From Myxococcota bacterium (GTDB lineage: Bacteria > Myxococcota > JACRCW01), in assembly GCA_040752415.1 (NCBI GenBank), contig JBFMGU010000142.1, positions 1-27,464 on the forward strand: a DNA stretch of 27,464 nt. Reading direction: 5' to 3'. The translations under genes and the position numbers were made by a program. Below, one piece after another: positions 1 through 7,883 of the stretch. Within the stretch, counting starts at the first letter, position 1. Every line of letters begins with the position of its first letter. The notes under the pieces are model-generated. The model ran no database searches and had not been told where the DNA came from. It saw only the letters and a program-made list of their open reading frames with translations.

Positions 1-412
1 ACGCCACGGCGCACCACGTGGCCACCACCGGACGCAGCCGCAGCCCCCGCGCACAGGCATACGCCGCCCACGCCGCCACCAGACCGTGCAGCACCTGGCT
101 GACCGCCGCCGCGCGGTGGACGTCGGCCAGCAGCGCAAAGACCAGGGTTCCGGGATCCGCAATCGCGGCGGACGGATGCGACCACAACGGCGCCATCAAC
201 GCCTGGCTGAACAGCGGCACCTGCCCCGCGACAAGCTGGCGTGCTGCCTCCAGCTTGAAGGGGAGGCCGAAGGCCCACAGGTCGCGCGCGTACAGGATTT
301 CGTCGCCCCGCAACGCGGGCCACCACCACAGCACGTGCAGCACCACCAGCAGCGCACCCGCCCACCACGCGCTGTTCGCCCCGCTTCGGGCGTGACGCGT
401 GCGGGTCACCAC
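1..412 (-). CDS. YfhO-like GT-C membrane glycosyltransferase, N-terminal part (runs off the left edge)
   Basis: Not in the ORF track. Manual translation of the minus strand from GTG 412 (an in-frame ATG also lies at 457; GGAGG about 10 nt upstream of 412) gives ...WWAGALLVVLHVLWWWPALRGDEILYARDLWAFGLPFKLEAARQLVAGQVPLFSQALMAPLWSHPSAAIADPGTLVF...VLHGLVAAWAAYACARGL. This fits the YfhO-family N-terminus pattern (TM helix, RD...P...G.hPL, LH..hA...Y...R). The frame is open to the window edge. Confidence 0.7.
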   Translation of the reverse strand, partial: MVTRTRHARSGANSAWWAGALLVVLHVLWWWPALRGDEILYARDLWAFGLPFKLEAARQLVAGQVPLFSQALMAPLWSHPSAAIADPGTLVFALLADVHRAAAVSQVLHGLVAAWAAYACARGLRLRPVVATWCAVA

Positions 413-528
413 CGCGGGGTGGCCCTCCCGCTCCCCCGCCGGCCTCGTGGCAACCATGTGTTGGATGTGTCATTCTGCCGCGACACCGGGTGCGCGGGGC
501 GGAAGGCCACGGGGGAGGACGGGGGGAG

Positions 529-2091
529 ATGGTCCGTCAGGCTCACGACGTTCTCCACCCCGTCCCTGGCGCGTCCCGCCCGCCGCCTGCGCCCAGGATC
601 ACTGCGCTCAAGCTGCTGCTGTTGACGACGATGGCTGCGCTGCAGGTTGACGGGATCAGCGTCAGCAGCCTCTCTCGTGACGAGATCTACCACCTCCCCG
701 CCGGCTACAGCCATCTGGTCACCGGTGACTTCCGCCTGGGCGTTCAGCACCCGCCCGCGGTGAAGCTCCTGAGCGCGCTGCCCTTGCTGCTGCTGGACGT
801 GGAGGCGGACTTCCAGGGACCGGCATGGCAGCGGGCGGATGAGCTTGCCTTTGGCCTGCAGTTCTTCCGTCAGCCCAACGCGGACCTCATCCTCTTCGTG
901 GGGCGTCTGCCCAACGTGCTGCTCTCGCTCGTGGGAGCCCTCTTCGTTTTCGACCTCGGCCTGCTGCTGTTTGGCGCATCGGGGGCCCTGGGCGCCCTGT
1001 TGCTGTACGCCCTGTCGCCTCATCTCATCGCGCACGGGCGGCTGGTCACCACGGACCAGGGAGTCACCACGTTCCTGCTGGGGACGCTGCTCTTCCTGGC
1101 GTGCTACCTGCGCGACCGTCGCGTGCATCACCTGCTCCTCGCCGGCGTCATGCTCGGGCTGGCGGCGGGGACCAAGTTCTCCGCGCTGCTCATCATCCCG
1201 GTCATCGGCTGGCGCCTGCTGGGAGAAGTCCTGGAAGCGCGGATGCGTGCGCGGGACATGCTGCTCTCGCTGGGTGTGGTGATCCTGGTGGCGGTGCTGG
1301 TGGTGGTCCCGTTGTACGGCTGGCCGTTACGCCCCGGCGCGTACCTTCACGGGTTGCGCCTGGTGAACGTCGACCATTCTCCAGCGCATGAGTTCTTCCT
1401 GGACGGGGAGTTCTTCACCGGGCGCAGGCGCGACTACTTCCTGTGGGCGTTCCTGCACAAGACGCCGGTTCCCCTGCTGGTGCTGCTCCTGCTCTCGGTG
1501 GCGACGTGGATGCGGCTGCAGGGCCGTCAGCGCCTGGAGGCAGGGACGTTGTGCCTGGCCGCCGCGGTCTGGTTCGTGGGGACGTCTTTGGGCGCGGCGC
1601 CCGTCGGCATCCGCTACCTCCTCCCGGTGTATGGGCTGCTGGCGGTGCTCGCGGGAGCGGCGGTCGCCATTCCACGGTGGCACACGCTTGCGCTGGCCGC
1701 GTGGTACGCGCTGGGCACGGTGGCCACGCACCCGCACGAGCTGGCCTACTTCAATGAGCCGGCGGGGGGCTGGAGGGGTGGTCACACGCATCTCGACGAG
1801 TCCAACGTCGACTGGGGGGACGGCCTGATCCACCTGCGCCGCTGGATGGACGAGCACGAGGTGGACCGGTTGCGCGTGTTCGTGATGTGGCGGAACGCGC
1901 CGGAGCTGTACGGCATTCCGCACGAGCGCGTGTCGCAGGAGGAGCTGTTCGGTTCTCCCGCGCCGGGGCTCTATGCCATCTCCACGCAGGCGGTGGTCTG
2001 GTGCGGGGGAAAGGGTGGGCGGTGCTGGCCCGGCGTGGTGAAGCCGGTGGACCGCGCCGGCCACGGGTTCTTCATCTACCAGGTCGACTGA
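529..2091 (+). CDS. ArnT/PMT-like (GT39/GT83) GT-C glycosyltransferase
   Basis: DE dyad in SRDEIYHLPAGY, QHPPAVKLL, HGRLVTTD, LAAGTKFSALL, GIRYLLP and a periplasmic tail with LAYFNE...LDESNVDWG; many TM helices. Start placed at ATG 529 after GGAG; the track starts at 490. Confidence 0.85.
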   Translation: MVRQAHDVLHPVPGASRPPPAPRITALKLLLLTTMAALQVDGISVSSLSRDEIYHLPAGYSHLVTGDFRLGVQHPPAVKLLSALPLLLLDVEADFQGPAWQRADELAFGLQFFRQPNADLILFVGRLPNVLLSLVGALFVFDLGLLLFGASGALGALLLYALSPHLIAHGRLVTTDQGVTTFLLGTLLFLACYLRDRRVHHLLLAGVMLGLAAGTKFSALLIIPVIGWRLLGEVLEARMRARDMLLSLGVVILVAVLVVVPLYGWPLRPGAYLHGLRLVNVDHSPAHEFFLDGEFFTGRRRDYFLWAFLHKTPVPLLVLLLLSVATWMRLQGRQRLEAGTLCLAAAVWFVGTSLGAAPVGIRYLLPVYGLLAVLAGAAVAIPRWHTLALAAWYALGTVATHPHELAYFNEPAGGWRGGHTHLDESNVDWGDGLIHLRRWMDEHEVDRLRVFVMWRNAPELYGIPHERVSQEELFGSPAPGLYAISTQAVVWCGGKGGRCWPGVVKPVDRAGHGFFIYQVD

Positions 2092-2101
2092 AGTCGCGTC
2101 G

Positions 2102-3463
2102 TCACGGCGTCACAATGAAGGGATCGCTGTCCACCGCGGGAAGGTCCGGGTTGATGGTCCGCAGCGTGAACTCTCCGCCGGTGACCGTCTCCACACGCAG
2201 GTCCGTGAAGGTGGCCACGCCGTCGACGAACTGCTGGTACACCGTGCCGGAGAGGACGTCGCCGGTGGGGTTCTCCCCCAGGCTCAGCTCAACGCCGCCA
2301 ACATACTGCGTGGCGCGTGCGCCGGTGATGTCCAGCACCTCCACGCTGATGCTGAATTCCACGCCGCTGGCAATGGAGGCGGGCGGCTGCTGCACAAAGG
2401 CCATGCTGACCACGGGCGCTGGACCCACGCGGAAGGTCCGTCCCACCGCCGACGTGAGCCCACTGGCGCTCAGGCGCAGCGTGTAGCCCTGTCCGGGCAG
2501 GTCCACCGTCAGGTCGTCGAACGTCACCTCGCCGTCGGCGGGGGAGCGCGTGGTGATGCCGCCCAGCGTGGCGCTGGTGGGGTTGTCGAAGAGATCCACG
2601 GTCACCGGTGCGGCAAACAGCGTATCCACGTTGCCGAACTCATCGACCAGCTGCGCCGACGCCGAGAAGGGCACGTGCGCGTACTGGTAGAACGGCTCCT
2701 GGGTGAAGACGAACGTCACCGCCGCCGCGGCCGTCACCTGGAAGGGATTGCTGGTGACACTGGGGAGGTCCTGGGCGGAAGCGCGCAACGTGTAGCCCGT
2801 CCCCGCGATCTCGACGGTGGCGGCATCAAACGTGGCCAGGCCCGCCTGTGCGCTGGTGGTGGTGATGCCCTCCAGGCTGGCGCCCTGGGCGTTGCCGGTG
2901 AGCTCCAACGTCACCTCCGAGCTGAAGTCCGTGGCCCGGTTTCCGTTGGCGTCGCGCGCCTCCACGACCACGAGGATGTTCTCGCCAGCCACCGCGTCCG
3001 CGGGCTGCGTGGAGAACACCAAGGCCACGGCCGGACCGCCCGAGCTGGAGCTGGAAGTGCCGCCCGCAGAGGAGGAGGTGGAACCTGTGGTGGCGGCCGC
3101 GGAGCTCGTGGTGGCGGCCGCGGAGCTCGTGGTGGCGGCCGCGGAGCTCGTGGTGGTGGTGCCGCCCCCGCTGGTGGAGCTGCTGCCTCCCGAGGAGCCT
3201 GTGCTTCCGCTGGAACCTCCGGACGACGACGAAGAAGAAGAAGACGAAGAGGAAGAGGATGACGCGCTGGAGCTCGTGGAGCCACCGGAAGCGCTGGAGC
3301 TGCTGGATGCGCTGCTCACCGAGTTCCCCCCGCTGCTGCCGCCACCGGGCTGCCCGGCGTCATTCCCGGGGTCGGATCCTTCTCCGGTGCCCAGCTCCGG
3401 GCAGGCGGCCAGCAACAAAAGGAGCGCGGCGCAGACGGCGCGTGAAGAACGGGGACGGCTCAT
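2102..3463 (-). CDS. Lipoprotein with Ser/Gly/Thr-rich linker and three tandem Ig-like domains
   Basis: Lipobox LLLLAAC; about 105-aa S/G/T linker; three roughly 100-aa repeats of the form L.F..QP....G......V...D..GN....V.L.L..N...A.L.G.......G.ATF..L.V...G.GYTL.......S.PF.V. Confidence 0.8.
   Translation of the reverse strand: MSRPRSSRAVCAALLLLLAACPELGTGEGSDPGNDAGQPGGGSSGGNSVSSASSSSSASGGSTSSSASSSSSSSSSSSSSSGGSSGSTGSSGGSSSTSGGGTTTTSSAAATTSSAAATTSSAAATTGSTSSSAGGTSSSSSGGPAVALVFSTQPADAVAGENILVVVEARDANGNRATDFSSEVTLELTGNAQGASLEGITTTSAQAGLATFDAATVEIAGTGYTLRASAQDLPSVTSNPFQVTAAAAVTFVFTQEPFYQYAHVPFSASAQLVDEFGNVDTLFAAPVTVDLFDNPTSATLGGITTRSPADGEVTFDDLTVDLPGQGYTLRLSASGLTSAVGRTFRVGPAPVVSMAFVQQPPASIASGVEFSISVEVLDITGARATQYVGGVELSLGENPTGDVLSGTVYQQFVDGVATFTDLRVETVTGGEFTLRTINPDLPAVDSDPFIVTP
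3087..3149. repeat. Perfect 3 x 21-bp tandem repeat (GTGGTGGCGGCCGCGGAGCTC) coding SSAAATT units in the linker
   Basis: Identical units start at 3087, 3108 and 3129. Confidence 0.95.
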
Positions 3464-3678
3464 GAACCCTCCGGGCGGAAACTTGGAACACGCCCATGTG
3501 GGATGCGCCCTTACCGTATCGCCGCCCCCATGCGCACCTGTCCGCGCACGTCTTCACGGCCGGGACCAGGCTGCGGCTCCGACTGCCCCTTCCATGCGCA
3601 CGTGCCTGCCACACCGGCGTACATCCCTGATCTGGCCGGTTCTGTGACCAGGACGGGATCAGCGGCGTATGAGGGGTC

Positions 3679-4320
3679 GTGAGCGACCGTCCTCGATTCC
3701 CACGACCCGCCCGGGCCCGGTCCCGCGGGTTCACGCTGCTGGAACTCACCATCGTGATGGCCCTGGTGGGCATTGTGGTGGCCTTTGCGGTGCCGTCCTT
3801 GAGCGGCGGAGGCAAGCGGAGCGTCCTGCTCTCCACCGCGGAGGAGATTGGCGCCCGGATTGCGGGGGCGCGGGAGCTGGCCATCGCTCGCAACCGCTGC
3901 GTGCTGGTCCACGTCCACACCACCCAGAAGCGCAACCTGGAGGTGGCCATCCTCAAGACCGACGACACTTCCACGGTGGACTGCGAGAAGGCGGCCGCGC
4001 AGGGCGCGCAGTCCATTGGCATCAACTGGGACGGCGCGCAGACGTTGCTCTCCGAGGTGAAGGAGCTGGACCTTGAGCTGCCAGTGGCCAAGCACATGGA
4101 GATGTCCGTGACCGTCTCCAACAGTCAGCCGGTCCTGGTCTTCCGCCCCAATGGCTGGGTGCGCGGGAACAACTACGGAACCTCCACCAGCACGTCGATC
4201 AGCGACGACGATTGGACGTTGACCCTGACGGACAAGACCCTCACCCAGGGGAAGAACGTCTTCGTGACGGTCAAACCGTGGGGGTTGGTGTGTGTCAACC
4301 AGAATGGGGTTTGCCCATGA
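3679..4320 (+). CDS. fimU: Type IV minor pilin, FimU/FimT (GspH-like)
   Basis: Class III signal RSRG|FTLLELTIVMALVGIVVAFAVP, ARELAIARN helix and the VFRPNG motif typical of FimT/GspH; first gene of a pilin run. Confidence 0.8.
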   Translation: MSDRPRFPRPARARSRGFTLLELTIVMALVGIVVAFAVPSLSGGGKRSVLLSTAEEIGARIAGARELAIARNRCVLVHVHTTQKRNLEVAILKTDDTSTVDCEKAAAQGAQSIGINWDGAQTLLSEVKELDLELPVAKHMEMSVTVSNSQPVLVFRPNGWVRGNNYGTSTSTSISDDDWTLTLTDKTLTQGKNVFVTVKPWGLVCVNQNGVCP

Positions 4321-4724
4321 AGAAAGCCCACTCCAAGCCGCCGCGCGGCTACATGCTCATTGAGGCGTTGGTTGCTTCCGCGCTGCTCGGGACCATGCTG
4401 GTGACCACCGTGCACATGATTGGCGTGGGGGAGCGGTCCCTGGCCTTCGGCTCCCGCCGGTCCCTCGCCCACGCCGCGCTCCGCGACGGGGTGGTGTCCT
4501 ACAGCTCGCGCTCCTACTACCACACCAGCATGAGTGTGGGGACCAAGGAGACCAATGCCCGCGTCAACGGCATGCCGGTGGACGTGATGAAGCGGAACAT
4601 CCGCGTGGAGACGGCGCCATCCTCGGAGTGCAACGGGTGCAAGGCCGTGCGGGTGGAGGTCCTCTACAAAGACCTGAATGGTCGCTGGAAGACCATCACC
4701 GAGTCCGCGTGGGTGCACCCATGA
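4317..4724 (+). CDS. pilV: Type IV minor pilin, PilV-like
   Basis: ATGA overlap with the fimU stop; PPRG|YMLIEALVASALLG prepilin motif with Glu5; 135 aa; C-terminal CNGC and V.VEV.Y strand. Confidence 0.75.
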   Translation: MKKAHSKPPRGYMLIEALVASALLGTMLVTTVHMIGVGERSLAFGSRRSLAHAALRDGVVSYSSRSYYHTSMSVGTKETNARVNGMPVDVMKRNIRVETAPSSECNGCKAVRVEVLYKDLNGRWKTITESAWVHP

Positions 4725-5830
4725 CGCGCCACGCGCCCGCCCGCGGCTTCACCATCATCGAGCTGATCATCGGCATGACCGTGGCGTTGATCATCTTCTC
4801 CGCGGCGTCCGAGATCCTCGTGCAGGTGGAGAACTTCCGCCGACTGTCGCGGGCACGCACGCAGCTCCTCATGGATGCGCGCCTGGCCCTCACCTACCTG
4901 GAACGCGACCTGGCGGCGGCGGGGCAGGGCGCGCCGGAGGGGAGCCGCATCAACGCCGGAGCCACGGTGGCCGGGTTCTCCACGCTGGTCCCGCCCATCA
5001 TGCCCTTCAGCACCGCCGCGCGCGCGGACCCCTCCACTTCCGTGCTGACCACGGGCAACAGCGCCAACAAGAAGTTCGTGCTGGTGGCGGACCTGCCGCG
5101 CCCGGATTCCAACTTCGACGGTTTCTCCAACATGAGCGACGACAGCCCGGCATCAAACAAGCTCGTGGTGCTCAATGAGCTGTCGGGTCAGTGTGATTCC
5201 ACCAACGCCAACTGCGGCACGCGACTGGGCTCACTCACCAACGCCGACTGCACCGCGGCCACCGGGCTGAGCTGCCCATGGGCGCTGCGCAAGTACACCA
5301 CCACCGGCGGGGGCACCATCACCGGGGCCACCTCGCTCCAGATGATCTTCCCCAAGGGCAACTTCGAGAACGTTACGCTGAGCTCCGTCACGGCCAATAC
5401 CAACCCGGTGACTCTCAACCTCTCCGCGGGCTACACCGGAGGGGATCCGCTTTCGCCGTTCGCAACGGCGCGCGTCGCGCAGTTTGACACCGTGGGCTAC
5501 CGCATCCAGAGCGACGGCACGCTGCAACGCCGACAGTGCTGGGGCGCCATCACGCCGGAGGCGGCGGGCTTTGCGGACTTTGACGGCACCCCCACTCCGT
5601 GCACCACCAACGCGGACACCGGCTGGCTGACCATTGCGCGCAACGTCTACTACGACGACAGCAGCTTTGATTATTACGCCAACACCGGCTCCACCACGCA
5701 GGACCCCGACGAGGTTGTTGCGGTGGGTATCCGCCTGCACATGCGCCGCACCATCTCCGTGGGGAAGAGCACCCGTTACAACGAGTACAACGCCTACGAG
5801 CGCTTCCGCCTTCGGGCGCTGTCGCTGTGA
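4721..5830 (+). CDS. pilW: Type IV minor pilin, PilW-like
   Basis: ATGA overlap; PARG|FTIIELIIGMTVALII; ARLALTYLERDLAAAG (the PilW 'l.rDl..AG' motif); C-terminal GYRI...LQRR, IARNV and VAVGIRL; 369 aa. Confidence 0.82.
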   Translation: MTRHAPARGFTIIELIIGMTVALIIFSAASEILVQVENFRRLSRARTQLLMDARLALTYLERDLAAAGQGAPEGSRINAGATVAGFSTLVPPIMPFSTAARADPSTSVLTTGNSANKKFVLVADLPRPDSNFDGFSNMSDDSPASNKLVVLNELSGQCDSTNANCGTRLGSLTNADCTAATGLSCPWALRKYTTTGGGTITGATSLQMIFPKGNFENVTLSSVTANTNPVTLNLSAGYTGGDPLSPFATARVAQFDTVGYRIQSDGTLQRRQCWGAITPEAAGFADFDGTPTPCTTNADTGWLTIARNVYYDDSSFDYYANTGSTTQDPDEVVAVGIRLHMRRTISVGKSTRYNEYNAYERFRLRALSL

Positions 5831-5846
5831 AGGACCAGGAGCACAC

Positions 5847-7883
5847 ATGGCCCATCCAACCCGCAAATCCCCCGCTCGCGGCTTTGCGCTTGTTCTTGCC
5901 GCGTTGCTTGTCCTGGTCATCACCTCCGTGGCCATCTCCGCCATGGACGTGGGGAACGCGTCGATTCTCGCCGAAGGCGTCCGCGTGAAGAAGCTCAGTG
6001 CTCAGCAGGTGGCCGAGATGGGCCTGGCCCGCGGAATGCGGGAGGCCAAGCGCCTCCAGGAAACGTCCTTTGAATGGGACTTTGACATCCTGCTGGACCC
6101 CGACGCGGTCTCCAACGCCACGGGTACCGACGGGGATGAGTACATCCCGCCTCATCCGGCCGTGGCCACCGCGTCCAGCGGTTCCGTGGGCGGTTGGGGC
6201 AGTTCCACGGAGACGGTCAACGGACTGGTGTACCGCAAGGTGTTGGTGGACACCGACAGCAACGGGACCCAGGACGGGGCCTACCTGGTCCGCTACGACG
6301 ACAACCGCGACGACAACATGAGCAAGCCCAGTGACACGACCACCAACCATGGACAGGTCGAGGGCCCGTCCGCGGGCGGGGATGTGCCCTACCGTGACCG
6401 TGACCAGTCTGTCTTCATCACCTCCATCGGACTGGTGGGCGGGACCACCTACGCCGACGCGGAGTTCCGCCACACCCTCCGCGCCACCATGCGTGCCACC
6501 GGCGGCAAGTCGGTCATTGCGGGAGGTTCGCCAGATATCGGCAACAACACCCAGCTCTGTGGCAATGGCGCGCTGTTCTGCGGCGGCGCCTCCGACCTCA
6601 CCGAATTGACGTGTTTCTGCGGGGACATCCGTGCCCCCAGCTTCCCCGGGGGGTTCGGAATCGGCTCGCCCGGGCCGTGCACGGGCTGCAATGAGTGCGC
6701 GGAGCAATCCCTGACCACGGCCACGTGCGGTTCAACTCCCGTTCCTCCGGCCCCGCCATCGGTCTCGTTCACCAACTCGCTGATGGGCAATTACGACGGC
6801 ACGGGACCCACCTGTCATTTCTACATCTACGACAATTCCGCTGCTGAGAAGGTGTACATCTGGGACCGCATCAACCCCAACTGCACCGCCACTTCCGCAA
6901 CGGACGTCATACCCACGCCGGACACTTTGGCCGGAAACTACGCCACCAACGCCGAGAACTACCCGCAGGACTGTTGGATTGCCGTCATGGACAGCAGCGT
7001 TGCCAATCACAACTTTGATGGAAGCTGGTTCAAGCCGGGCTATGTTGCCTCACTGCCCGCGGGATACTCCGCTGGAGAGGTCATTCCGATCCCCGCCGAG
7101 ATCACGAGGAGGACCGTGGGTTGGGGTTTGGGCACTGGCCTGCACATCCCCGGAAGCGTCAACTGGAATGCGTATTGCGGTTGCACCTCGTGCAACGGAG
7201 CGGGTGCCCCACAGATTTATCATGAAAACGACGAGGACCTTCAGCTCTTCGCGGTGGGCAGCGGTCCGCGGGCGATTTACTACGTTGACATGGTTGAGAC
7301 CGACCACCTCGACGTCTATCGCGGCGGGTCGGGGCCGTTCCAGGCGGCGGTGATTGCGAACTTCACCACGCCGGACAAGGTGCACATCAAGGACACCAAC
7401 GACATCACCATGAGCAATCCCTACGGGTGCGGCGCCACCAACTACGCCATCGTCACCAACGGACGCATCGAGGTGGACGTCAACCAGATCACGTTCAACT
7501 ACGGCATCTGGGCGAACCAGAACATCGTCTGGGGTGGCCAGAACGGCGAAGTGGGAGGGGACGTCATCACCGGTGGCGCGTTGCTGGCAGGCAGTACGAA
7601 CAACTTCAACATCTTTGGAGGTTGCCCGACTCCGGCGTGCCCGGGCGTTGCCAACATCTGGGCCGGCGCCAACTGCGAAGTGAAGAACGGGCCGAACTAT
7701 TGCGCCAACATGAAATGCGTCGGGCAAATCGAGTTCAAGAACAATGGTGAGATCGGTGGGACCATCTGGGCGGGCGCCAATGTGAAGGCTGGCAATAACA
7801 CCACGGCAGACCCCGTCGATCCCAGCGGTTCCATGCTGGGCTCCGCTTCCGACCTCTCGAGTATCCAGTCGATTTCCTATTGA
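5847..7883 (+). CDS. pilX: Large PilX-like minor pilin with Cys-rich and beta-solenoid-like C-terminal extension
   Basis: AGGAG RBS before ATG 5847; PARG|FALVLAALLVLVITSVAISAM lacks Glu5, as PilX/GspK do; SAQQVAEMGL (PilX AE.G motif); V.ITSIG; 678 aa, 20 Cys by my count. Confidence 0.78.
   Translation: MAHPTRKSPARGFALVLAALLVLVITSVAISAMDVGNASILAEGVRVKKLSAQQVAEMGLARGMREAKRLQETSFEWDFDILLDPDAVSNATGTDGDEYIPPHPAVATASSGSVGGWGSSTETVNGLVYRKVLVDTDSNGTQDGAYLVRYDDNRDDNMSKPSDTTTNHGQVEGPSAGGDVPYRDRDQSVFITSIGLVGGTTYADAEFRHTLRATMRATGGKSVIAGGSPDIGNNTQLCGNGALFCGGASDLTELTCFCGDIRAPSFPGGFGIGSPGPCTGCNECAEQSLTTATCGSTPVPPAPPSVSFTNSLMGNYDGTGPTCHFYIYDNSAAEKVYIWDRINPNCTATSATDVIPTPDTLAGNYATNAENYPQDCWIAVMDSSVANHNFDGSWFKPGYVASLPAGYSAGEVIPIPAEITRRTVGWGLGTGLHIPGSVNWNAYCGCTSCNGAGAPQIYHENDEDLQLFAVGSGPRAIYYVDMVETDHLDVYRGGSGPFQAAVIANFTTPDKVHIKDTNDITMSNPYGCGATNYAIVTNGRIEVDVNQITFNYGIWANQNIVWGGQNGEVGGDVITGGALLAGSTNNFNIFGGCPTPACPGVANIWAGANCEVKNGPNYCANMKCVGQIEFKNNGEIGGTIWAGANVKAGNNTTADPVDPSGSMLGSASDLSSIQSISY

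Noticed and set aside
18..650. Plus-strand ORFs 18-395, 86-625 and 399-650
   Set aside because: They overlap the better-supported minus-strand YfhO-like frame and the GT39-like start, and show no motifs.
3087..3260. Tandem and GAA/GAC repeats as a possible CRISPR array or mobile repeat
   Set aside because: No spacers and no cas genes; the repeats are in frame within a coding linker.
2817..3647. Acidic Glu/Asp/Leu-rich ORF on the + strand
   Set aside because: Antisense shadow of the Ser-rich linker of the minus-strand lipoprotein.
3464..3678. Sigma-54 promoter for the pilin operon
   Set aside because: The TGGC-containing candidates I checked on both strands do not give the required GG-N10-GC spacing.
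6678..6728. CTGCNEC in PilX as a ferredoxin-type Fe-S motif
   Set aside because: It lacks the following xxxCP cysteine and lies in an exported pilin; disulfides or another metal site are more plausible.
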